Origin: an uncultured Candidatus Saccharibacteria bacterium
GTDB lineage: Bacteria; Patescibacteriota; Minisyncoccia; 2-02-FULL-40-12; GWA2-44-9
Assembly: GCA_964513645.1 (NCBI GenBank)
Contig: CAZENF010000002.1
Location: 142,072-206,071 of the forward strand
DNA length: 64,000 bases
Reading direction: 5' to 3'
This document shows, piece after piece, positions 18,151 to 27,926 of the stretch (the stretch's first letter is position 1; each line of letters begins with the position of its first letter). A model generated the notes under the pieces. It saw nothing but the letters and a program-made list of their open reading frames with translations. It was not told the origin of the DNA and ran no database searches. The position numbers were made by a program, and so were the translations under genes.

Positions 18151-18353
18151 ATATAAATAAAATTAATTATTATTATTAGGGGTGTTCATATGTTTATAAT
18201 TTACGTGGCTCGGTAAACTAGATAAGGTAGATCCTTTAAAATTACTTGGGGACAATATTTTATTTTTGTGTATAACGTCTTGATTTCAAAGGGATTAATT
18301 CCGGATAATATTTAAGTTTTAAGAAATAAACAAAGATATAAATAAAATATCCA
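18151..18353. promoter_or_regulatory. Probable oriC (dnaA-dnaN spacer)
   Basis: AT-rich; minus strand TTATAAACA-TATGAACA-CCCC-TAATAATAATAA at 18164-18199; further DnaA-box-like TTATACACA near 18266-18274. Confidence 0.7.
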
Positions 18354-19724
18354 CTACTTATCAAAAGAATTATAAACACGTTCCCGGATAAGAAGAAGTT
18401 CCTGTTTCTGCAGTTCGTCCTCGGCTTCTTCCTTCTTAATTTTATCGCAAGCATGGATAACCGTCGAATGATCCCGACCACCGAGTTTTTGACCTATTTC
18501 AGGAAAAGATAATTTGGTTTCTTCACGGAGCAGGAACATAGCCACTTGTCTTGGTTTAACAACCTCTTTTTTGCGACTTCTTTTAACCAGGTCGTTGATT
18601 GAGATATTGTAAAAATCAGCCACGCTTTTAAGGACTGTTTGAGGAGAGGTTTTACGGTAGGGACTACTAAGATAGGTCGTAAGAATGTTTTTTACTTCCT
18701 TTAAGCCAGGTTCTTTATTGTAGATCTGACTGAAGGCAACAACTCTGTTTAAAGCTCCTTCAAGCTCTCGGACGTTTTTTTGAATATTGGTGGCGATATA
18801 AGAAAGAACCTCATTATTAAGATTTGATTTCTTTTCTACCGCCTTAAGGTTGAGAATAGCCAGTCTCGTCTCAAAATCAGGTATGCCTATATCCGCTATC
18901 ATCCCCCCTTCAAAACGCGACCTCAAGCGTTCTTCGAGAGCAGGAATGGCCTTGGGTGGGCGGTCCGAAGACAGAATGACTTGTTTGTTTTTACCGTGTA
19001 ATTCGTTGAAGATGGAAAAAATAATGTCCTGGGTCTTTTCTTTTCCGGCAATGAACTGGACATCATCAATTATAAGAAGGTCAAGTTGAGAATAACTGCT
19101 CTTAAGCTGTTCAATGGATCCGGTTTTAATAGATTCGAGAAGGTCGGCAGTCATGCGTTCCGCCGGAGTATAGAGAACCTTAACATCCTTGATGTCTGCG
19201 CATAAGCGATTGCCGATGGCTTGAAGCAGGTGTGTTTTACCCAAACCAACTCCGCCATAAACGAACAAAGGGTTATAGAGTCTGCCTAAGTTCTTTGTAA
19301 TAGCCAAAGAAGCGGCATGAGCCAGATCATTGTTTGAACCGACGATATAAGAGTCGAAAGAGTATTTTCTGTTAAGGTTAGTATTTCGGTCAATGTCTTT
19401 ATCCGAATCAGAGCTGTTTTTATCTTCAAAATCTTTATCCAAGATAGCCACAGGCATCGGCTGTCTTAGATCTATCTTGGGAATACCGACGACATATTTT
19501 ATTTCCCTTACCTCCGGAGAAAGTGATCTGATAGAATCAAGGAGTTTTTTATTAAATTTATTTTCGAGCCACTCCTTAATGAACCCGTTAGGGACACTGA
19601 CGACAACCGACCGGGTATCACGCGAAAGAATAGAAGTGCTTTTAAACCAAGTCGCAAAGTTAGCCCTGGAAAGAGAAATCTCCATATCCCCCAAAACCGC
19701 CTTCCATAACTCCTCGTTGGTCAT
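18354..19724 (-). CDS. dnaA: Replication initiator DnaA
   Basis: YNPLFVYGGVGLGKTHL, LLIIDDVQF, RLRSRF, GGRDHSTVIHA. Confidence 0.99.
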   Translation of the reverse strand: MTNEELWKAVLGDMEISLSRANFATWFKSTSILSRDTRSVVVSVPNGFIKEWLENKFNKKLLDSIRSLSPEVREIKYVVGIPKIDLRQPMPVAILDKDFEDKNSSDSDKDIDRNTNLNRKYSFDSYIVGSNNDLAHAASLAITKNLGRLYNPLFVYGGVGLGKTHLLQAIGNRLCADIKDVKVLYTPAERMTADLLESIKTGSIEQLKSSYSQLDLLIIDDVQFIAGKEKTQDIIFSIFNELHGKNKQVILSSDRPPKAIPALEERLRSRFEGGMIADIGIPDFETRLAILNLKAVEKKSNLNNEVLSYIATNIQKNVRELEGALNRVVAFSQIYNKEPGLKEVKNILTTYLSSPYRKTSPQTVLKSVADFYNISINDLVKRSRKKEVVKPRQVAMFLLREETKLSFPEIGQKLGGRDHSTVIHACDKIKKEEAEDELQKQELLLIRERVYNSFDK

Positions 19725-20029
19725 TGAGTAAAATATAAGTTATCAGTACGAGAGTCTTAAATTCAGATACTGACAATTAAGTTAAGACTAAAACTACAAG
19801 TATAAAAATATTATAGCTAAGAAAAGGAACAGACTAAAGAACATAAAAGGACCGAAAAAGTTGATATAGTGTTTATAACAAGTGGAAAAACAAGCGCAAT
19901 ATTGACCGCCTCTTTAAAAAAATGTTTAATCAAAAATTTAAAAAAAATTTTGTCAATAATAAAAATTTTAACCGGACCAAGAAGGGGTTGACCTGAAGCC
20001 AGAAAATTTTTATACTGGTTATTACTATT

Positions 20030-20176
20030 ATGACGATATCAAAAGCCTGGACATATAGGCCTAAAAAGAAAAAAAGGAAGGTAAAGCATGGTTTTTTCGC
20101 AAGGTCCCAATCACGATACGGACGGAGGGTTTTAGCCCGCAGAAGGAAAAAAGGCAGATATAAACTGACCGTATGA
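20030..20176 (+). CDS. rpmH: 50S ribosomal protein L34 (absent from ORF track)
   Basis: Translates [48 protein letters not shown]; canonical position before rnpA. Confidence 0.95.
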   Translation: MTISKAWTYRPKKKKRKVKHGFFARSQSRYGRRVLARRRKKGRYKLTV

Positions 20177-20208
20177 TCTTTTACCGGTAAAACCAGTCCC
20201 GGAAGACA

Positions 20209-20535
20209 GTGGCATTACCAACAAAAAATCGTTTAAAAAAAAGAACCGATTTCGACAAGGTCTTTAAGACCGGAAAAGCTGTTAAAGGCAGTTTTTTGTT
20301 TATAAAGTTAAAAAATAGTTCCGGGGTAACAAGATTCGGATTAATAATACCCAAAACAGTCGAGGCGCGAGCAACAGCCAGAAACCGCTTGAAGAGAGTT
20401 TTTTCAGAAAAAATAAGAGCTTACCTGAAAGAAAATGGTCTTGCCGGAAAAGACATAGTGGTAACGGTTAAAAAAGTCGATAAAGAAGAAGTGCTCCTTT
20501 CCGAACTTGGCAGATTGCTCGGAATGCTTAAATAA
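20209..20535 (+). CDS. rnpA: RNase P protein
   Basis: NRLKKRTDFDKVF, RFGLII, ATARNRLKR; synteny. Confidence 0.93.
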   Translation: MALPTKNRLKKRTDFDKVFKTGKAVKGSFLFIKLKNSSGVTRFGLIIPKTVEARATARNRLKRVFSEKIRAYLKENGLAGKDIVVTVKKVDKEEVLLSELGRLLGMLK

Positions 20536-20538
20536 AAA

Positions 20539-20769
20539 ATGAACACAATGATCAGTTTGATAAAATTGTATCAGTATCTCACAAGAAATGTGTTTGGCTA
20601 TGTTGCACTGCCTTTAGCTGTGAAACCGGAATGCAAATTTTACCCCTCCTGTTCAGACTATGCCGTCGAATCATTAAATAAGCACGGATTCATAAAAGGA
20701 ACATACAAATCATTTGTAAGAATATTGAAATGTAATCCCTGGGCCAAACCAGGAGTAGATATGCCTTAA
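20539..20769 (+). CDS. yidD: Membrane protein insertion efficiency factor
   Basis: CKFYPSCSDY, RILKCNPW. Confidence 0.93.
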   Translation: MNTMISLIKLYQYLTRNVFGYVALPLAVKPECKFYPSCSDYAVESLNKHGFIKGTYKSFVRILKCNPWAKPGVDMP

Positions 20770-20773
20770 AACA

Positions 20774-21481
20774 ATGCTCGAACTATTCAATACAATTTTG
20801 TACAGACCGTTATTCAACGCCGTAATATTTCTATACGATATTATTCCCGGCGGAGATTTCGGCCTGGCAATTGTGGCTTTAACCGTGATTATTCGCTTGG
20901 CCTTTTCCCCTCTTAGCATCAAGACCATACAATCCCAGAAAACGATGAATAAAATAAATCCTAAACTCAAAGCGATAAAAGAAAAATTCAAGAATGATAA
21001 TCAGGCCCAATCGGCTGCGATCATGGAACTCTACAAGGAGCACAAGGTTAACCCGTTCTTCGGCTGCCTACCCCTCTTGATACAACTGCCGATACTGATC
21101 GCTCTTTATAGAGCTTTTAGAGCTGGATTCCAGGAAGCCAACCTCTCTATGCTGTACAGTTTTGTAAAAAATCCGGGACATATTCATACAATCTCACTTG
21201 GTTTTATAGATATAACCTCGAGAAGTATTGCCCTGGCCATTATCACCGGGGTTTTCCAGTTTATCCAATTAAAACAAAATTCCTCCATCACAGGTTCAGC
21301 CGGGGGTGTTTCTGACCAAAAAGAGCTTCAGGCTTTGAATAGCCAAATGTTGTACTTTTTTCCGGTTATGATTATAATAATTGGTTGGAACCTACCGGCC
21401 GGACTCCTTTTTTATTGGGTAGCTGCTACTTTATTCTCCATGGGCGAGCAGCTCTATGTTAAGACAAGATATAAGGATTAA
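20774..21481 (+). CDS. yidC: YidC/Oxa1 insertase
   Basis: FGLAIVALT, GCLPLLIQLPI, PAGLLFYW. Confidence 0.95.
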   Translation: MLELFNTILYRPLFNAVIFLYDIIPGGDFGLAIVALTVIIRLAFSPLSIKTIQSQKTMNKINPKLKAIKEKFKNDNQAQSAAIMELYKEHKVNPFFGCLPLLIQLPILIALYRAFRAGFQEANLSMLYSFVKNPGHIHTISLGFIDITSRSIALAIITGVFQFIQLKQNSSITGSAGGVSDQKELQALNSQMLYFFPVMIIIIGWNLPAGLLFYWVAATLFSMGEQLYVKTRYKD

Positions 21482-21482
21482 A

Positions 21483-21968
21483 ATGGAAAATAATGAACAA
21501 AAAAACTTAAAAGAACTTATTTCGGAAACTCTTCTAAAGATGGGTCAGTTTATGAACATCGAGTGTCAGGTTGAATTTAAGGAGGAACTTGATGACCGGA
21601 ACAGTAAATCTCTCCTGATCTCGATTTATACTCCGGACAGTGCCCGGTTTCTTATAGGTAAGAACGGCCAGAATCTCAAATCTCTTGAGCAGGTTTTAAG
21701 GGCGATGCACGCTAAGAATATGTCAGATTTTAATAATATCGTTGTTGACGTTAATGATTACCGTAGATCAAGAGCCATGTACGTTCTTGATATTGCACGT
21801 CAGGCAGTGACCCGGGTCAGAAGTACCCAGAAATCAGAGGCCCTAATGCCGATGTCCCCTTACGAAAGAAGAATAGTTCACATGGAATTAGCCTCCTGTC
21901 CCGACATTGCTACCGAGAGTATCGGCGCCGAACCTAACAGAAGGATAGTTGTAAAACCTTACCCTTAA
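21483..21968 (+). CDS. jag: Jag/KhpB RNA-binding protein (KH + R3H)
   Basis: LIGKNGQNL, DVNDYR, PMSPYERRIVH, EPNRRIVV. Confidence 0.9.
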   Translation: MENNEQKNLKELISETLLKMGQFMNIECQVEFKEELDDRNSKSLLISIYTPDSARFLIGKNGQNLKSLEQVLRAMHAKNMSDFNNIVVDVNDYRRSRAMYVLDIARQAVTRVRSTQKSEALMPMSPYERRIVHMELASCPDIATESIGAEPNRRIVVKPYP

Positions 21969-21970
21969 AC

Positions 21971-21999
21971 ATAAAAGCTACCATCACGGTAGCTTTTAT
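21971..21999. terminator. Bidirectional intrinsic terminator
   Basis: ATAAAAGCTACC-ATCAC-GGTAGCTTTTAT. Confidence 0.85.
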
Positions 22000-22016
22000 A
22001 AAAATTTAAGAACCAC

Positions 22017-23129
22017 TTACTTGCCTAACCTCAAGGCGTAAAGCTTTTCGTCCGAATTATTAATAAATAAAATATAATCTTCTGTGTTCGAGAGGAATAG
22101 CGTTTTCACCGCGAAATCCAATTGATAGACTAATTTTTTTGAACCGTCGGAAGAGTTTATCTTGTATACATCATCAGCCGACGGCGAACTTGGGATTGCG
22201 CAGTAAAAATTAATATCATCGATGCTCCAGGCGCATTTTAAGGCGTCCGCCTGAATGTTCAATGGCTTTTCATCCCCGGAATCAGCAGACTTTAGATAAA
22301 GGTCAGGTAAGGATGAATTTGGGTCAACCTGGGTTGAAAAAAGTTCTTTGTTACCGCTCTTTGACCAGTTTTCCTGAACGTTAACCTTAGGATCCATGAA
22401 ATTCTTAAGCCAGACCTTGTCAGGGTCAAGGAGAAGAATTCCCTTATCCGGAGTCTCAAGCACTATCTGGTTCAGAGATGGCCATAAAATTTGCAGACCA
22501 CTTATCCGGGTACCGAGTACCTTCTTAGGTGTACTGCCGTCTGATTGAGCAACAAACACAGAACCTTCTGCCGAACCGCTCGATGTAGGATCGGTGGAAA
22601 AATAGGCCAAATAATTTCCATCCGGTGAAAAAGCCATTGATTGAACACCGGGACCGAGCAAAATGGTTTTTCCGGTATCCAGGTTTGAATATTTAAAATC
22701 AAAACCTTTTTCCGAATAGAATGCGTTTATAACCTCTTTTTTGTTGGGCGACCAGAGGGCTGATACAAAATTGGTCAGAATTTGGCTTGAGACAGAGGTT
22801 TCGGATTTATTAACCAGGTCGTACTCAAAGAGTTTGCCGGTGTTCTTTTCGTAATACAGAACACTGCCATTGTCGGGAGAAGTTGTCGGCGAGACCACTT
22901 TCCGGTCCGAAACCAAAAAAGGTGTTGTTTCGTCAGGCGTTGCATTAGGGGTCGGACTGTTTTTATCTGAAGAGGCCGAATCACTCCCAAACTTATCAAG
23001 GATGGTACCTGTTTTTGAGGAGGGAGAATTTATCAGACCTAAATCCCCTTTTAGGAACAAATAGCCGCCCAAAAAAGCCGTCAAAGACAGAGAAACAATA
23101 AGGAATGGTGAAAGTTTTTTGTTTTTCAT
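22017..23129 (-). CDS. Membrane-anchored beta-propeller (TolB-like) protein
   Basis: N-terminal TM; repeated SPD/WSP/FSPDG/WS motifs. Confidence 0.7.
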   Translation of the reverse strand: MKNKKLSPFLIVSLSLTAFLGGYLFLKGDLGLINSPSSKTGTILDKFGSDSASSDKNSPTPNATPDETTPFLVSDRKVVSPTTSPDNGSVLYYEKNTGKLFEYDLVNKSETSVSSQILTNFVSALWSPNKKEVINAFYSEKGFDFKYSNLDTGKTILLGPGVQSMAFSPDGNYLAYFSTDPTSSGSAEGSVFVAQSDGSTPKKVLGTRISGLQILWPSLNQIVLETPDKGILLLDPDKVWLKNFMDPKVNVQENWSKSGNKELFSTQVDPNSSLPDLYLKSADSGDEKPLNIQADALKCAWSIDDINFYCAIPSSPSADDVYKINSSDGSKKLVYQLDFAVKTLFLSNTEDYILFINNSDEKLYALRLGK

Positions 23130-23165
23130 AAAGGACAGGATAATTGATTATAGCACCTCGAAGAT

Positions 23166-23894
23166 TTATTGGGAAAATTGTTCTCGAGCCTCCTGGGCGG
23201 CCTTACTCGCCTGTTCATACAATTTTTTTTCAATAAAATAGGCCCAGAAGACGGATATGGTTGTCCAAGGCATAACATCAAGATAGGGTACAAAATCTAA
23301 ACCTGCCCCGGTACCCAAGGCTCCAAGAGGACTTTTATTGACTATATTGCTCAATTTTTTAGTGGTATTTAAAAGTTTTTCGGAAGTACCTTTAAGACCG
23401 GGAATTTTGCCGACCAACTTAGCTCCTTGCTGAACCCGCTGTTCTAAATAAACTATTCTCTGGGCGGCTGCGGTCATGTTATCGCTAAGATCAGTGATGA
23501 AAGACTTGGCTTCTTTTTGCTTGGCATCGGTGAACCAGTAGATAAGAAACATAGCTGCCGTAATGAATTTGGTGATAATCCAGGCAAAAACCGCACCAAC
23601 CCCGGTCATATCCAGAAGATCTATAATGTCTTTAATTATGCCTAAAGGTAAAAGAAGGACAAAATATTTGAATAAAGAAGGTCGTTTGTAGGACGAACCC
23701 TGATTCAAAAGTAACTCCTTTTCCTTATTCAGTTCTTGTTCGATTGCTAACTGATTAGCATATCCAGCTTCCTCATCTTCCTGTTGTTCTAACTCTTCTT
23801 GTATAGTCTCAATCTCTTCTTTTGAAATTTCTTCCTGTTGAACTGGTCTGTTTTGAACAGAGCTCTCTAAAAGTTGTTGTTCTTGGTCGGACAT
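23166..23894 (-). CDS. Hypothetical membrane protein of the T4SS-like cluster
   Basis: Acidic N-terminus, TM segments; start at MSDQ to avoid overlap. Confidence 0.65.
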   Translation of the reverse strand: MSDQEQQLLESSVQNRPVQQEEISKEEIETIQEELEQQEDEEAGYANQLAIEQELNKEKELLLNQGSSYKRPSLFKYFVLLLPLGIIKDIIDLLDMTGVGAVFAWIITKFITAAMFLIYWFTDAKQKEAKSFITDLSDNMTAAAQRIVYLEQRVQQGAKLVGKIPGLKGTSEKLLNTTKKLSNIVNKSPLGALGTGAGLDFVPYLDVMPWTTISVFWAYFIEKKLYEQASKAAQEAREQFSQ

Positions 23895-23898
23895 AGTA

Positions 23899-25662
23899 TT
23901 AACTGTTCTCTTTTGCCCACTCTTCTTTAGCTTTTTCGACTTCAAGTATCTGTCTCGGGTCAGAGGTTATTATCTGGTCTTCAGCGTATGATGCGACAAC
24001 ACGGATGCCGACATGATTTTGTCCAATGAACAAAAGCCCGAAACCTACCCGGGCTTCGAGAAGATAATATTTTTCAGCATCAGTCAGGTTGAAAGTCTGC
24101 TTAACAACGTCTATTGCCGCCGGCGATTGTTTCATTAGGACCTGCATTGAGGAGTTGGTCACTATCGCCTTCCCTTGAGCCGTGGCCATAAAATCAGGAA
24201 TATCTTGAGAAATGGTCGTGAGGCCTAAATAATATTTCCTGGCCCGTTTGGCGATATTGAACAGGAACTCTGCGCCCAAGGGATATTTCATCAGCCACCA
24301 GGCCTCGTCTACGGCCAGAACTCTTTTTTTCAGATCTCTTCTGACCTGGGTCCAGATATGGTTCAAGATCAAATACATTGCGATAGGTCTTAGCTCCTCT
24401 TCCATGTCGCGGATACTGAAAACAACCAGACGATTCTCGAGAGAAACATTGGTTGGATTGTTCAAAAATCCGGCGAAAGTTCCCTGGGAGTATTTTTTAA
24501 GACGGACAGCCATTGATTCAGCGCCGGTCAAACCTTCCATAACATTTTGAAGGTCGGATAATATTGGTGGAGGGCGGTTGGTAAAATCCTGTTCCGCGGT
24601 TATATCTTTAATCGCATAGGTTTGGATAAGGGCTTCATCAAGTATGGAATCCTCTTCAGGCGTAAGTGTGCCGAGGATTAATTTTAAAAGACCGAGCAGA
24701 TCAAGAAGGTGAGACTTAAAGACATCGGCCGGAGATTCGTCTTGTTTCGGCGCCGGCAGATCAAAGGGGTTAAGGTGATGGGGGGAGTTTATCGATATTT
24801 TAACGGTTGAACCGCCGACGGTCTCGGCAAGATATTTATACTCATCTTCAGGATCGATCACCAGAACCTGAGTTCCGAATATCATGCTTCGGAGGATTTC
24901 AAGTTTGACGGTATAACTTTTTCCGCCGCCTGATTTTCCGAATACAACCGAATTTGCATTCTCAAGCTCAAAGCGGTCATAAAGCACGAGAGAATTGTTG
25001 TGAGTATTTATGCCGTACAGTATCCCAGAGTTTGAAGTGAGGTCAAAAGATACGAACGGGAATACGGAAGATAAGGGTTCGGTATTCATCGAGGTATAGA
25101 CATTGACCTTGTCCGTATTTAGAGGAAGAGTCGAAGTAAATCCTTCAGACATTCTGAAAGTGGCCGGCCGCGAAAATATCAGCTGATATTCGAGCATGCC
25201 TCGAAGCTTATTCTCCGTTTCATCAAGCTCTTTTAAACTCGATTCATAGAAGGTTAGATAGATGCCAATCTCGAAAAATCTGTCCGTCCCCTGCTGAAGA
25301 CGATCTCGCAGACTTTCAATGTCTTGAATTGCGGTCTCAAGTATTGGATTACGAACCTTACCGGCAGCAGATTCTTCCATCACTTCAGCTTCGAGACGGG
25401 CTAACTGGTCACGTAGCTGTTTAAGGATTTGGGCGGTATTCTTTGGGTTTACGAAGATAGAGATATCAAAAACCCGGTCGAGGTTTATTACCGGCGAGAA
25501 CCAGTTGGTATGGAGATAACGCGGGTAGGTGGCCAGAAAGATCGTCCGGGCGTATTGATTCCCGATCTGAATATGATTCGGCGCAACACTAAGAGCCGAC
25601 GGTGCTAAGAAGCTGTCGATATTTTTTGTATTGGTCTCGGTTGTTGGTTTAGGTTTGGCCAT
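23899..25662 (-). CDS. VirB4/TraC-like ATPase
   Basis: NSVVFGKSGGGKS Walker A, VIDPEDEY, LAVDEAW Walker B, RARKY, TISQD. Confidence 0.92.
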   Translation of the reverse strand: MAKPKPTTETNTKNIDSFLAPSALSVAPNHIQIGNQYARTIFLATYPRYLHTNWFSPVINLDRVFDISIFVNPKNTAQILKQLRDQLARLEAEVMEESAAGKVRNPILETAIQDIESLRDRLQQGTDRFFEIGIYLTFYESSLKELDETENKLRGMLEYQLIFSRPATFRMSEGFTSTLPLNTDKVNVYTSMNTEPLSSVFPFVSFDLTSNSGILYGINTHNNSLVLYDRFELENANSVVFGKSGGGKSYTVKLEILRSMIFGTQVLVIDPEDEYKYLAETVGGSTVKISINSPHHLNPFDLPAPKQDESPADVFKSHLLDLLGLLKLILGTLTPEEDSILDEALIQTYAIKDITAEQDFTNRPPPILSDLQNVMEGLTGAESMAVRLKKYSQGTFAGFLNNPTNVSLENRLVVFSIRDMEEELRPIAMYLILNHIWTQVRRDLKKRVLAVDEAWWLMKYPLGAEFLFNIAKRARKYYLGLTTISQDIPDFMATAQGKAIVTNSSMQVLMKQSPAAIDVVKQTFNLTDAEKYYLLEARVGFGLLFIGQNHVGIRVVASYAEDQIITSDPRQILEVEKAKEEWAKENS

Positions 25663-25666
25663 AATT

Positions 25667-26311
25667 TTATATCTTCTTCTCTTCGCCGGTGGTTTTAGCG
25701 ACAGGATTGTAAAGATTATAGAACATCTGGACGAGCTCATCTCTTTCAAGCACCCTGGTCTTCAATCCAATTCCGACCAAGCCGCCAAAAATCAGTTCCG
25801 CTCTTTGCATAAGCTGATTTCTGTAGATTTGGAATTTATCGTCGGAGATAGATTGTGTCTGGCCTCCCTGGCCTGCGATGCTTTTTATACTTTGGAATAT
25901 TCCGGTTTTGGTCGGAGCTTCAAAAATATAGAACGGAACAACGATATAGAATTTTTTAGACATTATATTGGTAAGAGATGAGAGCTCTTTTATAAATTTC
26001 ATATATTCATTTGCTTGAATGCGGAGAAGTTCATTATCAAGTCCGGCAGAAGCTTCGGAAGCCAGTTTAAGATAGTCATCTATGTAAAGTCTTCTCGAGA
26101 CGATAGAAATATGAAGCGGGAAATCTATAGAGTTTAAAAATTTCTGGAAATTCTGAATTATGGCTATTTGTTCATCTTCCGAGCGGAGCTCAAAATTGAT
26201 GGCCGAAACCTCAACTATTACCCGCATCGAGCCGTCTTTAAGAAGCAAGACGCTGTCTCTTATCTCGGATATCGAAACCAGATTTTGGGTCGAAGGACCG
26301 GCGGTCGCCAT
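25667..26311 (-). CDS. VirB4 N-terminal-like (TraC-like) accessory protein
   Basis: EIRDSVLLLKDGS, INFELRSEDEQ; lies between PrgI and VirB4. Confidence 0.75.
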   Translation of the reverse strand: MATAGPSTQNLVSISEIRDSVLLLKDGSMRVIVEVSAINFELRSEDEQIAIIQNFQKFLNSIDFPLHISIVSRRLYIDDYLKLASEASAGLDNELLRIQANEYMKFIKELSSLTNIMSKKFYIVVPFYIFEAPTKTGIFQSIKSIAGQGGQTQSISDDKFQIYRNQLMQRAELIFGGLVGIGLKTRVLERDELVQMFYNLYNPVAKTTGEEKKI

Positions 26312-26322
26312 ATTAATTATGT

Positions 26323-26667
26323 TTACTTATTTTTCCTGTCTGAAATTATAATCTCTTTTTCAACACCTATTTCCTGCATATCGGACTTTTCTTCTTTTTT
26401 AAAAACATATTGCTTTGGATTAAAAAGATAACCAAGCCAGTAAAGAATGTAATTTATCAAAGGGACGTCGCTTATCCTGACAAAGGCCAGAGCGGCGGAT
26501 AATCCCGCGACAGGTATGGCCAGGAAAAAAAATATAAGACGGTTCATGGTCAGAAACATGAAAAATACCACTGCCCCGCCGCTTGCAAGCCAGAGAAATT
26601 GTTTAAGGGTTAAAGGCCCAATAAGTTTTGTTTCTGTCTCTATGAATTGTGGAACTTGAAATTTCAA
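26323..26667 (-). CDS. PrgI-family protein
   Basis: FQVPQFIETETKLIGPLTLKQF plus two TM helices. Confidence 0.88.
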   Translation of the reverse strand: MKFQVPQFIETETKLIGPLTLKQFLWLASGGAVVFFMFLTMNRLIFFFLAIPVAGLSAALAFVRISDVPLINYILYWLGYLFNPKQYVFKKEEKSDMQEIGVEKEIIISDRKNK

Positions 26668-26670
26668 TGT

Positions 26671-27924
26671 TTATGCGTCGGGTTTATTTCTCAAGTCAAT
26701 TATACTGGCGACCTTTTGAAGCTCATTCTCAAGTGATTTCTGGGCTTCACTCGGAAGTTGTTCTTTTGCCCCTGGTTGAGTCGGTTGTATAGGAAGAGGG
26801 TTTGGTTTAATCGGGGCGGCGCCAAAAGTCTTAGTACTGCTGCCGGCCTCAAAAGGGCCAAGGTCTGGGATTTTAAATTCCGGTTTTGGCGGAAGCTTGG
26901 GTGGAATTGGAGGCGCTTGGGTCACTGGAGGAGAGGCGGTCGGTTTAGGCGCTCTTATTTCTTCCATTGTCGGAACAGGAGCAGGTTTTATTTCAGGTTT
27001 TGGCGCTTGAGCAACTGGAACCATTGGAGCGGCGGGTGCAGTTGCCGGTTTTTGGAATTGAGGCGGAGGTATGCTGGGCTTTGGCGGAGATGCTACAGGA
27101 GGAGTGGTGGCTGGAACTGGGTTTGGGGCATTCTGCCTTGGAGGAAGCGGCGACGATTGAGGAGGTTTTGGGGTAAATGAAGGCGCGGGCACCGATACTT
27201 TGGCTTGAGGAACTGTCGCGCTTTGACCGGAAGGTGTTTGAGGCAAAACAGGTTTGGCGGGCGATATATTTGGAGAAGATTGAGGGGCACTCTTCGGTAT
27301 GGTTTGCTGTGCCTGAACCGGGGGTGACGGTGGTAGCGTAGAAGGTCTTAAAGCCGGAGACGGTGAAACAGGAGGTGCCGGAGGTCGGAGTGCCGGAGAG
27401 GGTTGTGAGACGGTCGGTGCCATGCCGACAGGAGGTAGCGGCGAAGGAACAGTTAAGGGTTTAGGTATGTCAGGTTTCTGGACGGTCGAGGATTCTTTTT
27501 GTATCTGCGCGATCTTTTCCGGGAATTTATTTCTCTGGATCCTTTTCAACTCTTCAATTATCGGGGTGAATGATTGCGAAACAATATAATTAACGACTTC
27601 AGCTGCCTTGTTTTCATCAATGTTTGATTGAGAAGCAAGGGTGCTTGGAAAATCTTTTATGAAAATATTGCCGAGGACTACATCGCGGACTAATTGGGCG
27701 GCCTTTGATATCTGAGGTTCTTGAAGCTCATATTTTAAACCGGCCAAGGTTATCGCGGTTGCCGTATCTTCTGAGGAAATAAAATTTTTAACCGATTCAG
27801 GCAAACGGCCGTAAATCTCAAAGAAGGCTTTGGATTCAGGAGTGTCAGAGTTTTTAAAACCAGCAAAATAAGGACTGGAAATAAAATACTGATATGAAGT
27901 TATGGGATTAGTGACCGGTTCCAT
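26671..27924 (-). CDS. Proline-rich hypothetical protein
   Basis: Helical N-terminus, long Pro-rich tract, C-terminal IIDLR. Confidence 0.75.
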   Translation of the reverse strand: MEPVTNPITSYQYFISSPYFAGFKNSDTPESKAFFEIYGRLPESVKNFISSEDTATAITLAGLKYELQEPQISKAAQLVRDVVLGNIFIKDFPSTLASQSNIDENKAAEVVNYIVSQSFTPIIEELKRIQRNKFPEKIAQIQKESSTVQKPDIPKPLTVPSPLPPVGMAPTVSQPSPALRPPAPPVSPSPALRPSTLPPSPPVQAQQTIPKSAPQSSPNISPAKPVLPQTPSGQSATVPQAKVSVPAPSFTPKPPQSSPLPPRQNAPNPVPATTPPVASPPKPSIPPPQFQKPATAPAAPMVPVAQAPKPEIKPAPVPTMEEIRAPKPTASPPVTQAPPIPPKLPPKPEFKIPDLGPFEAGSSTKTFGAAPIKPNPLPIQPTQPGAKEQLPSEAQKSLENELQKVASIIDLRNKPDA

Positions 27925-27926
27925 GT

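Noticed and set aside
26758-27290. Alternative-frame ORFs in the Pro-rich gene, and other antisense ORFs inside housekeeping genes
   Set aside because: Expected from low-complexity or codon-biased sequence on the opposite strand; no motifs or start signals.
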